Below are positions 62,126 to 64,000 of a stretch of DNA of 64,000 nucleotides, piece by piece. This DNA comes from Oopsacas minuta. Taxonomy: Eukaryota > Animalia > Porifera. The position numbers and the translations under genes were made by a program. Positions within the stretch are counted from its first letter, which is position 1. Each line of letters begins with the position of its first letter. The stretch covers positions 620,001 through 684,000 of the forward strand of contig JAKMXF010000310.1 in assembly GCA_024704765.1 (NCBI GenBank), in the 5' to 3' direction. Under the pieces are notes generated by a model. That model did not search any database. It had not been told where the DNA came from and was given only the letters and a program-made list of their open reading frames with translations.

Positions 62126-63464
62126 CTACGGGCGTTCAATAAGTAGTCGTTATTCCAAATTTTGTAAGTCGGAATATTTCGACCTAGATCAAACTGAATC
62201 TTCTAATAACAATCCATCTATTGTGAATTCAATAATGCAGAGCTTTTTTGATTCTGATGTCTCGTTGAAATATTGTACCTATTTACATTTTGACAGTTTA
62301 TTATAGTAACATTTTTAATGGCTTCAAAAAGTACAGATTTCAAAATTGAGCAGAGAGCATATGTGAAGATCAGAACACTGCTCAAGGTTTCACCAACAGA
62401 TGTCCACAAAGATTTAGAGGAAGTTTATAAGGATACAGCACTTCCATATTCCACTGTTGTTGATTGGGCTAGACGCTTTCGTGAAGGTAGAGTGTCCATT
62501 GAAGATGGGGCAAGAATAGGGAGACCAGTTTCCAGCACCAATGACAAAAATATCCTTGAGGTATCCGCGTTACTTGAAGAAGACCCTCATATCACGCTTG
62601 TGGAGATAGCTGATGCGGTTGGTATCTCAACGGGAACTGCTCAAGCTATTGTACATGATAATATGAAATTCCGAAAGATATGTGCTCGATGGGTGCCGCA
62701 TTTACTAACTCAGGCCCAGAAAGCAAAGAGGGTCCAATGCGCTACTAAATTGCTCTCTGAGTTTGATCGAACTGACTCCAGAAGGTTATTTGAGATAGTA
62801 ACAGGTGACGAAACTTGGGTACGTTATTCTGAGCCTTTATCAAAAGAAGCAAACAAAGTATGGGTGGCAAAAGGACAGGACCCACCAATGATCCCTCGAC
62901 ATGACTTTCGGGATCCGAAGGTTATGTACTGTATATTTTTTGATTCTAATGGTCCAGTGTGCCAGATTTGTGTCCCCAAATACCAAACAATAACAGGCTC
63001 CTTCTACACCAATGAGTGTCTAACAGAGGTTGAAAAATTCTACCAAAATCGACGGCCAAGGACTGGAACTCGTGGATTGCGAATATTGCATGATAACGCC
63101 CGACCGCACAAGACAAAGCTGGTTAGAGAAAAGTTAGAAGCTATGAAAATTGTGGAGCTAGATCACCCTCCCTACTCGCCAGATCTAGCTCCCTGTGACT
63201 TTTGGTTGTTTCCAAAGCTAAAGAAACATCTATCAGGCAGGAAATTCGAGAGTCGAGCTCAGATAGGATCGGCGATTTTCCAGTATATGAAAGGTGTACC
63301 AACCGAAGACTACAAAAAAGTATTTTTCGATTGGATAAAAAGGCTGAAATTGGTTTTACAGCACGAAGGGGAATACTTTGAGAAACTCCATCACTGATTA
63401 CACAATTGTGCTAGAAAAATTTAGAATTACAATGTGATAACGACTACTTATTGAACGCCCGTAG
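62126..63464 (+). mobile_element. Full-length mariner element, 1339 bp
   Basis: Perfect 28-bp TIRs CTACGGGCGTTCAATAAGTAGTCGTTAT, with TA on both sides. Confidence 0.95.
62318..63397 (+). CDS. Intact mariner transposase (D,D34D), 359 aa
   Basis: WVPHLL, IVTGDETW, LHDNARPH and HPPYSPDLAPCD motifs; 34 residues counted between the second and third Asp. Confidence 0.96.
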   Translation: MASKSTDFKIEQRAYVKIRTLLKVSPTDVHKDLEEVYKDTALPYSTVVDWARRFREGRVSIEDGARIGRPVSSTNDKNILEVSALLEEDPHITLVEIADAVGISTGTAQAIVHDNMKFRKICARWVPHLLTQAQKAKRVQCATKLLSEFDRTDSRRLFEIVTGDETWVRYSEPLSKEANKVWVAKGQDPPMIPRHDFRDPKVMYCIFFDSNGPVCQICVPKYQTITGSFYTNECLTEVEKFYQNRRPRTGTRGLRILHDNARPHKTKLVREKLEAMKIVELDHPPYSPDLAPCDFWLFPKLKKHLSGRKFESRAQIGSAIFQYMKGVPTEDYKKVFFDWIKRLKLVLQHEGEYFEKLHH

Positions 63465-63660
63465 TACGATGACGAGAACTATTACATAGCTATTGAATTG
63501 ATCATAAGATTATAACCAATATACCCACAATATGTAACGGAGTTCAATGAACCGGGCAAACAGATCAATAATTTTTATGATAATTAATGCATTTTGTGGG
63601 CCAAACAGTATAAATTGTGGCAATTTTGAGAACAATCATATTTTTCAAATCCAATCAAGA

Positions 63661-64000
63661 ATGGCTACTCGTTGTCCAGAACATATAGCGATACAGGGAG
63701 CAGAATTACAAAGCATTCCAATCCCGAATTATGCGGAATTTCAAGTGCCAAAAGTTGCTGTAGCGAAAACAGGATCAATACCTGGAAATTTCAATGTTCC
63801 AAGAAGTATCATGATAGAGCCTCAATCCGGGAACTTTTATGTAGCAGATTCAGGAAATAAACGGATCCAAATATTCTCTAATACAGGAGAGTATATCAAC
63901 AAATTCGGTGAAGAACATCTGACGAATCCATGGGGTATTCTGTTCCATCAGGACTCTATCTATATCACGGATATATGTCATAACGCTATATTACAATTCA
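63661..64000 (+). CDS. NHL-repeat protein, 5' part (runs off the window)
   Basis: ATG 63661, open to the window end: GNFNVPRSIMIEPQSGNFYVADSGNKRIQIFS..FGEEHLTNPWGILFHQDSIYITD. Missing from the ORF track because it has no stop. Confidence 0.85.
   Translation, partial: MATRCPEHIAIQGAELQSIPIPNYAEFQVPKVAVAKTGSIPGNFNVPRSIMIEPQSGNFYVADSGNKRIQIFSNTGEYINKFGEEHLTNPWGILFHQDSIYITDICHNAILQF

Overview
AT-rich, intron-poor animal (metazoan-like) genomic DNA. My inference is an early-branching animal such as a glass sponge, based on compact intronless housekeeping genes, an expanded TRIM/NHL family and many MITEs; the organism is not proven. Recognisable genes: a 5-exon OPA1 with an LRR-EGF receptor gene nested antisense in intron 3, WDR33, two near-identical MATE/SLC47 copies (one frameshifted) in a rearranged tandem duplication, TBCA, RPS24, TIMM8, TRMT6, a RING-B-box-propeller TRIM and three other NHL/beta-propeller loci. 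Unusual genes: a 1306-aa intronless protein with PH-like and WW-like domains, long Gly-X-X tracts and a fungal-type C-terminal region, and a 339-aa orphan. Mobile DNA: a Ginger-type DNA transposon (TGT..ACA ends, 4-bp TSD) with a spliced integrase gene, one intron of which holds a 6-bp-TSD element filled by a 2.3-kb higher-order satellite; an intact mariner; and several hAT/MULE MITEs, some nested. No rRNA, tRNA or CRISPR array was recognised. Splice models and TSDs were read by eye; no database search was run.
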